Origin: Candidatus Omnitrophota bacterium | Lineage (GTDB): Bacteria; Omnitrophota; Gorgyraeia; JAHJTE01 | Assembly (NCBI GenBank): GCA_018830005.1 | Contig: JAHJTE010000002.1 | Coordinates: forward strand, 73,517 to 137,516 | Reading direction: 5' to 3' | Length of the DNA stretch: 64,000 nucleotides | Shown here: piece after piece, positions 47,228 through 55,988 of the stretch | Numbering within the stretch: position 1 is the first letter of the stretch | How the letters are laid out: the number at the start of each line of letters is the position of its first letter | Program-made: the position numbers and the translations under genes | The notes under the pieces: generated by a model | What the model was told of the DNA's origin: nothing | Database searches by the model: none | The model's input: the letters and a program-made list of their open reading frames with translations, nothing else

Positions 47228-48856
47228 TTAAATATATTTATTCTTATTAATCAAACTAACGAAAACAGGTACAATCTTAGGGTCAAATTGCAAACCAGCA
47301 TTAACCCTCAGTTCCTTAATTGCATCCTTGACTGTCATTTTCTTCAATCTGTATGGCCTGTCACTTGTCATCGCATCAAAGGAATCTGCACAGGCAAGAA
47401 TCCTGGCACTTAAGGGTATTTCAGTTTCGGCAATGCGATCAGGATAACCATCGCCATCAAAGCGCTCATGATGATTCCTAACTAAAGGTATGCATTGTTT
47501 CATAAATTTAAGCGGTTGGAGTACTTTTGCGCCCTTAATCGGATGAAGCTCGATAATCGAGCGCTCAACTGCAGTCAATCTTCCTGGTTTATTCAAAATC
47601 AAATCTGATATTCCTACCTTTCCAACATCATGAACAGTGCCGCCATAATGGATTATCCTAAGCATATTATCAGGTAGTTTTAACTTGCGAGCAATATCCA
47701 ATGCATACATTGTAACCCGCTCTGAATGACCTCTTGTATAAGGGTCTCTGGCTTCCATTGCCAAAACCAATGCCCTCAATGTACTGAAATAGTTCTTATG
47801 CACATCATCATAGTTTTTATTTTCCTGAATGGCGACAGCAATCTGATTGGAAAATGCCTTAATCAATTCAATCTCTTCATCACTAAACTGCTTCACATGG
47901 CGATAAAACACGCTAAATACAGCAAGATTTTGCTGTTTGAAAGCTGCTGGAACAACAAGTGCTGAACGCAGATGCTCCTCTTTAGCCTTATCAGGATACA
48001 AGACGCGATCATCATGCTGCATGTCATTGCAAATAAAGACCTTACCACTTGCTGCTGCCCTACCCTCTATACCTTCACCTATCTTAAGAGGAGTCTCCAT
48101 AAGCATGTTTTTACCCAAACCAATGGCAGTCTTTGGAACAAGCATTCTAGACTCATTATCTACATAACGAACTGAAGCAGCATCAGCATGCAATAAGTCT
48201 TTGGCTAATTTTGCAATCAACGAAACAGCCTTTGCAGTATCTCCGTTTGAACAAACTAACTTATTGGCAATAACTAAATCATGCAACTCTTCCTGTTTAT
48301 AGTTTAATCTCTTCAGCAATGTCCTGTATCTTTTATTCAAGGTATCGTTGCCACTAGACACCTTCTTGCTAACAGAACGCATGCGCTTAATCTCAACATT
48401 AAGTTTTTTATTTGAACTCTTAAGTTTACCACAAATACTTTTAAGACTGGTAATCTTACTAGAGTGTTGCTTGCTGAGTCTAACCCGATCAGTGACCTCG
48501 TAAACTAACTCTAATACTTGAATAACATTACCCTTTTTATCTTTAATAGGATTAGCAATAACTTGAAATAATCCTTTCCTGCCATCCTCCAAGATTCCAG
48601 GACGTAATGCCTTATATGTCTTGCCAGTTTTAAATGATCTTCTACATGGACATCCCACACAGATATCATTTCTTCCTTCGTATATTTTATAACAATGTTT
48701 ACCTATGATATTCCTTGTTTTTGCAAACCATTTAATATGCGTAGCATTAACCCAAACAATACGAAAGTCGCGGTCAATTAGTGAAAAACCAGCCGCGACT
48801 TCATCTACGACATGCAATCTTTTAATTAAACTTTTTAGTTGATTTACCTTTAGCAT
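47228..48856 (-). CDS. PAS (4-Cys) - GAF - HD-GYP c-di-GMP phosphodiesterase
   Basis: HD-GYP motifs HDVGK and HHERFDGDGYP; central GAF; N-terminal PAS with C-x8-C-x2-C-x-C cluster. Confidence 0.8.
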   Translation of the reverse strand: MLKVNQLKSLIKRLHVVDEVAAGFSLIDRDFRIVWVNATHIKWFAKTRNIIGKHCYKIYEGRNDICVGCPCRRSFKTGKTYKALRPGILEDGRKGLFQVIANPIKDKKGNVIQVLELVYEVTDRVRLSKQHSSKITSLKSICGKLKSSNKKLNVEIKRMRSVSKKVSSGNDTLNKRYRTLLKRLNYKQEELHDLVIANKLVCSNGDTAKAVSLIAKLAKDLLHADAASVRYVDNESRMLVPKTAIGLGKNMLMETPLKIGEGIEGRAAASGKVFICNDMQHDDRVLYPDKAKEEHLRSALVVPAAFKQQNLAVFSVFYRHVKQFSDEEIELIKAFSNQIAVAIQENKNYDDVHKNYFSTLRALVLAMEARDPYTRGHSERVTMYALDIARKLKLPDNMLRIIHYGGTVHDVGKVGISDLILNKPGRLTAVERSIIELHPIKGAKVLQPLKFMKQCIPLVRNHHERFDGDGYPDRIAETEIPLSARILACADSFDAMTSDRPYRLKKMTVKDAIKELRVNAGLQFDPKIVPVFVSLINKNKYI

Positions 48857-48877
48857 ATTCTCTTTACCTATATATCA

Positions 48878-48908
48878 AAATAAAAAACCGCCACTGTTTT
48901 AGCGGCGG
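48878..48908 (-). terminator. Rho-independent terminator (minus strand)
   Basis: Minus strand CCGCCGC-UAAAACA-GUGGCGG followed by UUUUUUAUUUUG. Confidence 0.5.
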
Positions 48909-49119
48909 CAATTATAGACTTTCAACATTATGTCATTTCCCGGTTCCTTATTAAACCATGGCTTTTGCTAACTTAATAAATACCTCCTAAAAGCGCTTTC
49001 TCAATAGATAGTACTGTTTATAAAAGTATACATGACTTTCCTAGCTTTTTCAAGACTATGAAAAAGTTTATCAAAAAAGATTTAACTTACTTTAAAATAA
49101 GGGATTATGTCGAAATTTG

Positions 49120-49431
49120 CTATTTTTTGAAGAAATTTTCTGCCTGAGAGCGGTCTGAGGCATGCTTAAAATCAGCATAGTCAATAAGCTCTAATTCCGG
49201 CCGCATCTGCCCTATTCGCTTTATAAGATGAGGAGGAAATCTTCCCTGATTTTGGCGGGTAGCAATAAATTTAAACTCGGAGTTGCATTCTGGACACTTT
49301 TTAGCCTTTAGGTAATCTATTCCTATTGCTCTGCAGTTTGCACAATCGGCACTCAACTGGCCAACAATAACAAGATGTTCCTTTACTTCATTAATATCAA
49401 AATGTTTCCATACCCTTAGTCGAACACGCAT
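49120..49431 (-). CDS. Zinc-ribbon protein of unknown function
   Basis: CANC...CPEC pairs. Confidence 0.3.
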   Translation of the reverse strand: MRVRLRVWKHFDINEVKEHLVIVGQLSADCANCRAIGIDYLKAKKCPECNSEFKFIATRQNQGRFPPHLIKRIGQMRPELELIDYADFKHASDRSQAENFFKK

Positions 49432-49476
49432 TTTTTGTATTCTACAAAAAGATTTAAATTACAATTAACATAATTC

Positions 49477-50004
49477 TTAGACTAGTTTATAAACTCTATC
49501 CTGTATGCGAACCCGCTTTGAAACCTTCAGGCCCACCTCATCTCCTTTTACTGCTGTCTGTATGGAGACATGGTTTATTTGGATAGATTTAACGCGCTGT
49601 TTGAGATTTGTAGTAGAGCCGATAATCCTAATAGTATCTCCAACCTTTAAATTTCCACTGGTTACAGTAAGAACACAAACTGATATCTGCGGAAAAAAGT
49701 GAGTAATAACTCCAATCAGCTCTTCTCTAGCTGTCTGGATATATGTTTGCTTCTTAGTTACCTTAACCCTTACTATTTTCTTTTTTCTTGGTTTCTTTGG
49801 CCTGGACTTGCGAGAGACTAATTTAGATTTTAACTTTTTTCTTTTCTTGAGAGGGGATTTTTTCTTTAATCTAACTTTTTTTCTAGCTGTTTTCCTTTTG
49901 GTTTTAATTTTCTTCACGGTAACCATTGTTTTTGGTTCCATGCTTTGCTTTATTCTTTTGATAAGGCCGAAAATCATTTTTCTTCCTATTTGAACCTCTC
50001 CCAA
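49477..50004 (-). CDS. Lys/Arg-rich N-terminal tail + IF2-C2/EF-Tu-domain-2-like beta-barrel protein
   Basis: About 70-aa K/R-rich low-complexity region; C-terminal GVITHFF...NLKVGDTIRI...VKGDEVGLKV resembles translation-factor beta-barrel. Confidence 0.3.
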   Translation of the reverse strand: MGEVQIGRKMIFGLIKRIKQSMEPKTMVTVKKIKTKRKTARKKVRLKKKSPLKKRKKLKSKLVSRKSRPKKPRKKKIVRVKVTKKQTYIQTAREELIGVITHFFPQISVCVLTVTSGNLKVGDTIRIIGSTTNLKQRVKSIQINHVSIQTAVKGDEVGLKVSKRVRIQDRVYKLV

Positions 50005-50483
50005 TGGACTAGATGATCTAAAGATTTTTTGGGTGCAATTTCGTTCTTCTCTTTCGAATATCCCAAGGCGATCATACTCACTAACTTATATTTATAAGGC
50101 ACTTTTAGGATATCCAGGACATTTACACAATAGTCTTTCTTATCTCCTGCTACCCAACAGGCTGCGAGCCCAAGATCAACAGCCGCAAGCAGTAAATTCT
50201 GCGTTGCAGCAGAGCCATCCTCAAGATAATACTTAGTATCCTCAGATACTATCGCAATGCAAACCGGAGCATCTTTGATAAAATTACCATTGGGAGCTAG
50301 ATCAGAGATTTTCTTTTTGGTCTGTTTATCTGTTATCACAATAAATTGCCAGGCCTGAATATTCCTTGCAGTAGGCGCAAAACGGGCACAATCCAGCAAT
50401 TCTTTAATTATATCCTTAGAAACAGCTCTTGATTCAAATGTCCTTATACTTCTTCTCTTTTTGATCGTCTGAATGGTTTCCAT
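49986..50483 (-). CDS. Nitroreductase-family protein
   Basis: KKRRSIRTF...FAPTARNIQAWQFIV. Confidence 0.7.
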   Translation of the reverse strand: METIQTIKKRRSIRTFESRAVSKDIIKELLDCARFAPTARNIQAWQFIVITDKQTKKKISDLAPNGNFIKDAPVCIAIVSEDTKYYLEDGSAATQNLLLAAVDLGLAACWVAGDKKDYCVNVLDILKVPYKYKLVSMIALGYSKEKNEIAPKKSLDHLVHWERFK

Positions 50484-50499
50484 GGTTCTTATGAGGAGG

Positions 50500-51570
50500 C
50501 TATCTTAAATCTAACAACGAATCAATTTCGCCAAAATGATTCTTTTCACTTACTGGGTTATTGGGATCTTCGCACCATTTCCCATCAACAACAAAGCGAT
50601 AGCGATAGCGGCCGGGTTTCAGGTTTAGGTGTTTTTTCCAAATGCCGTTTTCTTCTTTAGTAAACATTGACTTCTTATTTGGCGACCATTGATTAAAATC
50701 ACCTGCTAAATAAACCTCCTTTGCCTCAGGTGCATGAAGTCTGAACTCTGCCTTAATAAAGCGCTCTATTTCCTTCTTAATTACCTCTTTAACATCATCA
50801 AGACGTACATCACTAGCTTCGGCTGCGCTTATGATTTCCCGCGCCAGAGAAAAGTAATCTTTGCTGCCTCGGCAGTATTTATTGAAATCAAAAACAGCAA
50901 CACCGCTATTTGCTGCTTCTTTCAGCTTAACATTGACATGGATAATGCTGTTGAATATCTTTTCTTTAAATTTCTCGCTTATGTCTGCAAGCATATTATG
51001 CGAATATTGTAATCGAGAATCAAACATCGTAACCAAGACCTTGAAGTCTACGGTGTGTTTTAGACGCTGACGAATCAACTCAGCAATACATAGAAGCCGA
51101 TCTAAGCCTTCAAATGAAAAACGACTCATCTCTACAGGAATAATAAGCTCATCAGAAGAACAAATCGCATTAACAGTTAATATACCAAGATTAGGAGGAC
51201 AATCCATAATACAGTAGTCATAATCATCTATTTCTGAAAGTGCTGCCTTAAGCCGGCCCTCGCGGCCTATTTCAGTTGACATCTCCTGCTCAAGTGTACT
51301 CATAAGCAGACTAGAAGGTGCGATAGAAAAATTATTCTTAACTTTTAAAACAACCTCTTTTATCTTCAATTTTGGCTTGGAAAAATTACTTAAACAATCA
51401 TACATACTCTTCTCGCTCTCTATACCTAAGCCTATGCTGGCATGCGCTTGAGGGTCTAAATCAATCAACAGGGTCTTTTTGTTGTTCATAGAAAGCGCTG
51501 CAGCTAAATTAATAGCTGTTGTTGTCTTGCCGCAGCCGCCTTTTTGATTTGTAATGGAAATTATTTTCAT
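50500..51570 (-). CDS. ParA/MinD-family ATPase fused to C-terminal CBM48 (AMPK-beta / glycogen-binding) domain
   Basis: Deviant Walker A KGGCGKTT; C-terminal VYLAGDFNQW...GIWKKHLNLKPGRYRYRFVVDGKWCEDPNNP. Confidence 0.7.
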   Translation of the reverse strand: MKIISITNQKGGCGKTTTAINLAAALSMNNKKTLLIDLDPQAHASIGLGIESEKSMYDCLSNFSKPKLKIKEVVLKVKNNFSIAPSSLLMSTLEQEMSTEIGREGRLKAALSEIDDYDYCIMDCPPNLGILTVNAICSSDELIIPVEMSRFSFEGLDRLLCIAELIRQRLKHTVDFKVLVTMFDSRLQYSHNMLADISEKFKEKIFNSIIHVNVKLKEAANSGVAVFDFNKYCRGSKDYFSLAREIISAAEASDVRLDDVKEVIKKEIERFIKAEFRLHAPEAKEVYLAGDFNQWSPNKKSMFTKEENGIWKKHLNLKPGRYRYRFVVDGKWCEDPNNPVSEKNHFGEIDSLLDLR

Positions 51571-52160
51571 TCTTTTTTAGTAAATTTGATTTTATCTATA
51601 AATATACGCCCTTGTTCTTTTTCAATATTCCAGCCCTCGACAATAAAACTAATACCGCTAAGGTCAGAGAAGCTCTTCAGCTCAGAGATCTCAAGCGGAA
51701 TCTTGAATGTCTTCCAGCGTGATTCTATGCCTCTAATATAAATTGATTTCTTCTCGCGGCGCGAACTCTCAAGGCCCACCTTAATCAAGCTGCTAAATCC
51801 TTCTTGCGGATCACCCCGCAGGGCAAACTCCAATACATCATAATCAACCAAATTTATCTTAGGTAAATCAAGACTAATGCTCTTTATCTTTTCATGAGTC
51901 TGGGAAAAGTTATAATTAAGCTTTAGAGGCAGGATATTAGCCAAAACCGAAAGGCTCTTTTTTTGCGCCTTAACAGTGTTGGCTTTCTTAAAAATATTCC
52001 CTGAAAATAACAAGACGCCAATAAGGACAATAAGACTTACAATGCCGATACCGATAAAGAGATTGGGTCTATTTTTAGAATTAATGTTGCCTCTTGAAAC
52101 CTCTTCCCTTCTTGTAAAATAGGTGTCAGCAATTCGATTGTAAAGGTGTGTATATTTCAT
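51567..52160 (-). CDS. Single-pass membrane protein, translationally coupled to ParA-CBM48 gene
   Basis: TM helix LFIGIGIVSLIVLIGVLLF; stop overlaps ParA start (ATGA). Confidence 0.35.
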   Translation of the reverse strand: MKYTHLYNRIADTYFTRREEVSRGNINSKNRPNLFIGIGIVSLIVLIGVLLFSGNIFKKANTVKAQKKSLSVLANILPLKLNYNFSQTHEKIKSISLDLPKINLVDYDVLEFALRGDPQEGFSSLIKVGLESSRREKKSIYIRGIESRWKTFKIPLEISELKSFSDLSGISFIVEGWNIEKEQGRIFIDKIKFTKKE

Positions 52161-52253
52161 AAGTTAAAGCTATATTCTAAAACCTTCCAGGCCTATATAC
52201 TCATTTATTATATAACAAAATTTTACTAAAATAAATATTTTATGCAAAAAAAA

Positions 52254-52290
52254 TCCCCGGTTCAATTAAGAACCGGGGATTCAAAGCTAC
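52254..52290 (-). terminator. Rho-independent terminator after porin gene
   Basis: Minus strand AUCCCCGGUUC-UUAAUU-GAACCGGGGAU followed by UUUUUUUU. Confidence 0.65.
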
Positions 52291-52304
52291 CTACTAAACA
52301 ACTC

Positions 52305-53672
52305 TTAGAAGGAAACCTTCATTGAACCAACAGCCTGACTTGCTGTAGAGTTAGTTGAACTATCAAATGCATTACCAGGTATAAATGCACCTAGCTTCAG
52401 ACCGAACTGTACATCTTCCGTATAGTCATAAAGCAAACTTAGATCGATTTCCTGACCTACAAAAGATTTATCAGTCAAGTCTACGCTCTGTGGCAATGTT
52501 TCATGATTAGTTGCAGTTAAAGTACTGTCAAAACCATATGCCTCAGCCCACCAGTATAAATAGCCGCCAAGTTCTACATTGATGTCATCAGCAAGTTCTG
52601 CAGTGGCAACTAAACCAGCGAGGTGAATATTGGTCTGATCCAATAGAGCACAAGCAATATCACCAAATGTCTGATTTTCATACAATGGATCCCATGCATG
52701 GTAACTAGGATGTTCTGCGTTTACTGGATCCCAACCATCATCATTACCGCTAAAGTATGCATAAAGAGCAGTCAGAGTTGGAGAATATCTTACTTCTGGC
52801 CAAGCATAAGTAGCAGCTGTTTCAATAGCTACTGCTTCTCTATCAACTGTCCTATCATCCCTATCAACAGCAACATCATTTATGTAGGTACCAAGCTGAT
52901 AAGCGCCTTCTAAGCTGTAAGTCAAATTTTCAATCGGATGAGTTACAACTCTTGCACCAAAGACCTGCGTTGCTTCACCATTTCTAATCTCAGCAGAAAC
53001 CTCTGTATCTTTAATTCGATCATAGAAATAAGCTTCTAAGATTGAACTCCAATCATCACCTAAATCATAATTAGCTGAAATACCATATAGAGTCTGATCA
53101 TCAGCAGCGCCAGCAGTAGTTTCAGCAATCTTTGCATAGAGTAAATCAACAATTAAAGGCGAATAATCTAGGGTTGCTCTCATAGCATCAAATGCTTTTT
53201 GCTTGCTTAAATCTGGCTGGGTAGTTGCAACTGTAGTTGTTACTGCACTATTGTTATCATCAGGATCACCAACAATCATTTCAGAACCCATATGAAGTTC
53301 CTGACGACCTAGCGTTAACGTTAAAGGAGAATATAAAAACTCCTTTAAAGTTACGTAAGCCAAATCAAGCTGGATATCTTCTGCATCTGTTGCGTCAGTA
53401 TCCCATTCTCTTTCGTTAAGGAGCCTGGCTGTAACTGAAACATTGTCAGTTAAATCAGCATTAATCCCTAACCTCAAAAATCCCAGAATAGCACGTTCTT
53501 GGTTATCAGTAGCGGTTTGAGATTGAGTAACCAAATCCCAGCAATCACGAGCCAAAGGTACAATCTCTAGATCACCGCTTACTTTTACGTTCTGGACAGC
53601 AGCAAATGCCGGAGTAGCAATAAATGCTACAACTGCGGCTGCTAGCAGAACTAGTGTTAAGCGTTTACTCAT
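52305..53672 (-). CDS. Outer-membrane beta-barrel porin-like protein
   Basis: Signal peptide ...ATPAFA; alternating beta-strand pattern; C-terminal ...SMKVSF (terminal Phe). Confidence 0.5.
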   Translation of the reverse strand: MSKRLTLVLLAAAVVAFIATPAFAAVQNVKVSGDLEIVPLARDCWDLVTQSQTATDNQERAILGFLRLGINADLTDNVSVTARLLNEREWDTDATDAEDIQLDLAYVTLKEFLYSPLTLTLGRQELHMGSEMIVGDPDDNNSAVTTTVATTQPDLSKQKAFDAMRATLDYSPLIVDLLYAKIAETTAGAADDQTLYGISANYDLGDDWSSILEAYFYDRIKDTEVSAEIRNGEATQVFGARVVTHPIENLTYSLEGAYQLGTYINDVAVDRDDRTVDREAVAIETAATYAWPEVRYSPTLTALYAYFSGNDDGWDPVNAEHPSYHAWDPLYENQTFGDIACALLDQTNIHLAGLVATAELADDINVELGGYLYWWAEAYGFDSTLTATNHETLPQSVDLTDKSFVGQEIDLSLLYDYTEDVQFGLKLGAFIPGNAFDSSTNSTASQAVGSMKVSF

Positions 53673-53869
53673 TTGTTTTTCCTCCTTAAGGAACATTTAA
53701 TTTTATATAATGAACAGCTAGATCTTTTTCTAGCAACGTTGTTTCACTTATATGTATATCATCAGACTTTTTGATAACCTTTGGGCGTCTTTTTCCTCAC
53801 GCTCCTTTCTGCCCAGATTTAAAGCCATCACTGATGGTATAACCTATATAACTAGTTATATCTAAAGTA

Positions 53870-54523
53870 TCAAATAACCTTATATTTGTCAAGGATTTTT
53901 TGATAATTTTCATAGATTTTTTCAACGTCTTTTTGGCTAAGTCCCGCACCATAAGCAACGTCCCTAAGTTGTTCTGGTGCAATTATATCGTACGGTATGT
54001 GCGCGTCGTTATTCAGGCTAAGTTCCGCACCAAATTGAAGAGCTTTTTTTGCAACATAGCCATTGGTAAGACTATGGCCCTTGCGAGATGTTAATTCAAG
54101 AGAAACGCCTTTTTTGGCTGCTAATTTAAGCTCTGAATCAGAGATAAACCCGGGATGAGCCAATATATCAATATCAGCTTCTAAGGCTGCTTTATTGGTT
54201 CCTTTTCTGACTGGTTCAACAATGGTCTGGCCATGTGCGACAATAATCTTGATTCCTCTTTTTCGAGCCAGGCTTGCAAGGGGCGCAAAATCCTCTAAGT
54301 TTAAATGAGTCAACTCTATACCGGGCAGAATTTTTAATTTTGCATTTTTTGGCCAGCCTTTACAAAATTTTAGAATTGCATCAATTACAAAGTCAATATT
54401 TGAAATATCTACGTGGTCTGTTATGGCAATTGCTTTATAGCCAGCTACTTCATAACGTCTAGCAAGTTCTGCTGGTAGGAGCTCGCCGTCGCTTAATAAA
54501 GAATGGCAGTGAAAATCATACAT
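53870..54523 (-). CDS. PHP-domain metal-dependent phosphoesterase
   Basis: MYDFHCHSLLSDG...ITDH PHP motifs. Confidence 0.65.
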   Translation of the reverse strand: MYDFHCHSLLSDGELLPAELARRYEVAGYKAIAITDHVDISNIDFVIDAILKFCKGWPKNAKLKILPGIELTHLNLEDFAPLASLARKRGIKIIVAHGQTIVEPVRKGTNKAALEADIDILAHPGFISDSELKLAAKKGVSLELTSRKGHSLTNGYVAKKALQFGAELSLNNDAHIPYDIIAPEQLRDVAYGAGLSQKDVEKIYENYQKILDKYKVI

Positions 54524-54550
54524 AATGTTTATAGCTTCTTCTGGCCCGAT

Positions 54551-54626
54551 TTATAGATTATGCGCCTGGGTGGATTCGAACCACCCCAAGACGGGCCTTA
54601 GGAGAGCCCCGCTCTATCCAAATGAG
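54551..54626 (-). tRNA. tRNA-Arg (anticodon CCU)
   Basis: Minus strand GCGCCUG-UA-GCUC...GAGC-G-GGGCU-CUCCUAA-GGCCC-(GUCUUGG)-GGUGG-UUCGAAU-CCACC-CAGGCGC-A; cloverleaf with UUCGAAU T-loop; CCA not encoded; apparent 7-nt variable region. Confidence 0.8.
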
Positions 54627-54641
54627 CTACAGGCGCTTTTT

Positions 54642-55163
54642 TTAATATTTAATCAGGGAAAAGACTGGTAAATCACCTAACTTTTCTCTTCCCTTTAACT
54701 CAGTAAGCTCGATTAAAAAACAGATGTCGATAATATTTCCTGCAAGTTTTGCTACTAAATCGCAAACTGCCTTAACTGTTCCACCTGTGGCAAGAAGATC
54801 ATCTATGATCAATATGTTAGCTCCGGGCTTAAATGCATCCTCATGGATAGTAAGCGTATCCTGACCATACTCAAGATCATAAGTAACCTCGAGCGTTTTG
54901 TAAGGCAACTTCCCTTTTTTTCTTACTGGGACAAAGCTGGTTCCTAGCTTGTAAGCAAGGGCGCCTCCAAAAATAAATCCGCGTGCCTCAACAGCAACTA
55001 TAGCATCGATTTTTTTATGCTTATAGTTTTGCGCCATTAAATCAATACTTGCAGAAAAGGCATCCTTATCAGCTAAAAGTGTCGTTATATCCTTGAAGAG
55101 TATTCCTGCCTTTGGAAAATCAGGGATGGAACGGATATATTTAGCGAGATCCTGTTTCTTCAT
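54642..55163 (-). CDS. apt: Adenine phosphoribosyltransferase (start trimmed to MKKQDLAKY)
   Basis: PRPP motif ILIIDDLLATGGT; VAVEARGFIFG. Confidence 0.85.
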   Translation of the reverse strand: MKKQDLAKYIRSIPDFPKAGILFKDITTLLADKDAFSASIDLMAQNYKHKKIDAIVAVEARGFIFGGALAYKLGTSFVPVRKKGKLPYKTLEVTYDLEYGQDTLTIHEDAFKPGANILIIDDLLATGGTVKAVCDLVAKLAGNIIDICFLIELTELKGREKLGDLPVFSLIKY

Positions 55164-55968
55164 TCGTCTTCTCCTCTTCTGATGTAAACCGGCGAATCTT
55201 CTTAATCGCCTGTGCCTCAATCTGCCTGACCCTTTCACGCGAGACCTTTAATTTCCTGGCAATCATCGCCAAGGTATGGATTTTTCCGTCTCTGAGACCA
55301 AAACGTAAATCCAAAACTTCTTTTTCTCGACGATTTGTTATGTGGAGTAAATTTTCAATATCATCGTGGTCCAATGCCTGTTTTAGGCCTTGTTTTGAAG
55401 TCGAGGTTGTATCCTCTATCAAATCCATAACCTGACTCTCATCTGCCTCTCCAATCGGAGCCTCCAGAGAGGACATCTTGGTTATCCAGTTTTCTATATC
55501 ATTTACCTTATCCACGTGTAATTTCATTTTTTTTGCTACTTCTTCCTGTGAAGGATTACGTTTTAATTTCTGGCGCAGGGCCTCTTGCGTCCTTTTCCAT
55601 TTGGCAATAAGTTCATTCATATAAACAGGAATTCTGATAGTACGTGATTGCTCAAAGATTGCGCGAGTAATTGCCTGCTTAATCCACCAGGCAGCATAAG
55701 TGGAAAACCTAAAGCCCTTCCTATAATCAAATTTATCAACCGCCCGCATAAGCCCAACATTGCCTTCTTCAATCAAATCAATTAAAGGCAGTCCAAAATG
55801 AGCATAGCGCTTTGCCATGCTAATCACAAGGCGTAAATTTGAACGAATGAGTTTACGCCTCGCCTCTTTATTGCCACGCAAAACTTCTTTAGCTACTGCT
55901 GCTTCCTGCTTGGCTGTCAGAAGCGGGATATCGTGAATATCTCTTAAATAAGTTTTAATGGCTTCCAT
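55141..55968 (-). CDS. Sigma-70-family RNA polymerase sigma factor (compact RpoD/RpoS-like)
   Basis: Region 2 DLIEEGNVGLMRAVDKFD and TYAAWWIKQAITRAI; region 4 HTH near C-terminus. Confidence 0.85.
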   Translation of the reverse strand: MEAIKTYLRDIHDIPLLTAKQEAAVAKEVLRGNKEARRKLIRSNLRLVISMAKRYAHFGLPLIDLIEEGNVGLMRAVDKFDYRKGFRFSTYAAWWIKQAITRAIFEQSRTIRIPVYMNELIAKWKRTQEALRQKLKRNPSQEEVAKKMKLHVDKVNDIENWITKMSSLEAPIGEADESQVMDLIEDTTSTSKQGLKQALDHDDIENLLHITNRREKEVLDLRFGLRDGKIHTLAMIARKLKVSRERVRQIEAQAIKKIRRFTSEEEKTNEETGSR

Positions 55969-55988
55969 GATCTAATAATTAATAAAGG

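Noticed and set aside
54627-54640. T-run after the tRNA complement considered as a plus-strand terminator
   Set aside because: No plus-strand gene lies upstream; the apparent hairpin is simply the complement of the tRNA acceptor and T arms.
43748-55238. Long N-terminal extensions on several ORF-track calls (43748-44413, 44322-45293, 45205-46668, 52305-53696, 54642-55238, 13658-14344)
   Set aside because: The extensions precede the recognisable N-termini (signal peptides, Rossmann GxGxxG, etc.) and would create long overlaps with neighbouring genes. Starts were therefore moved to the internal Met nearest the conserved N-terminus.
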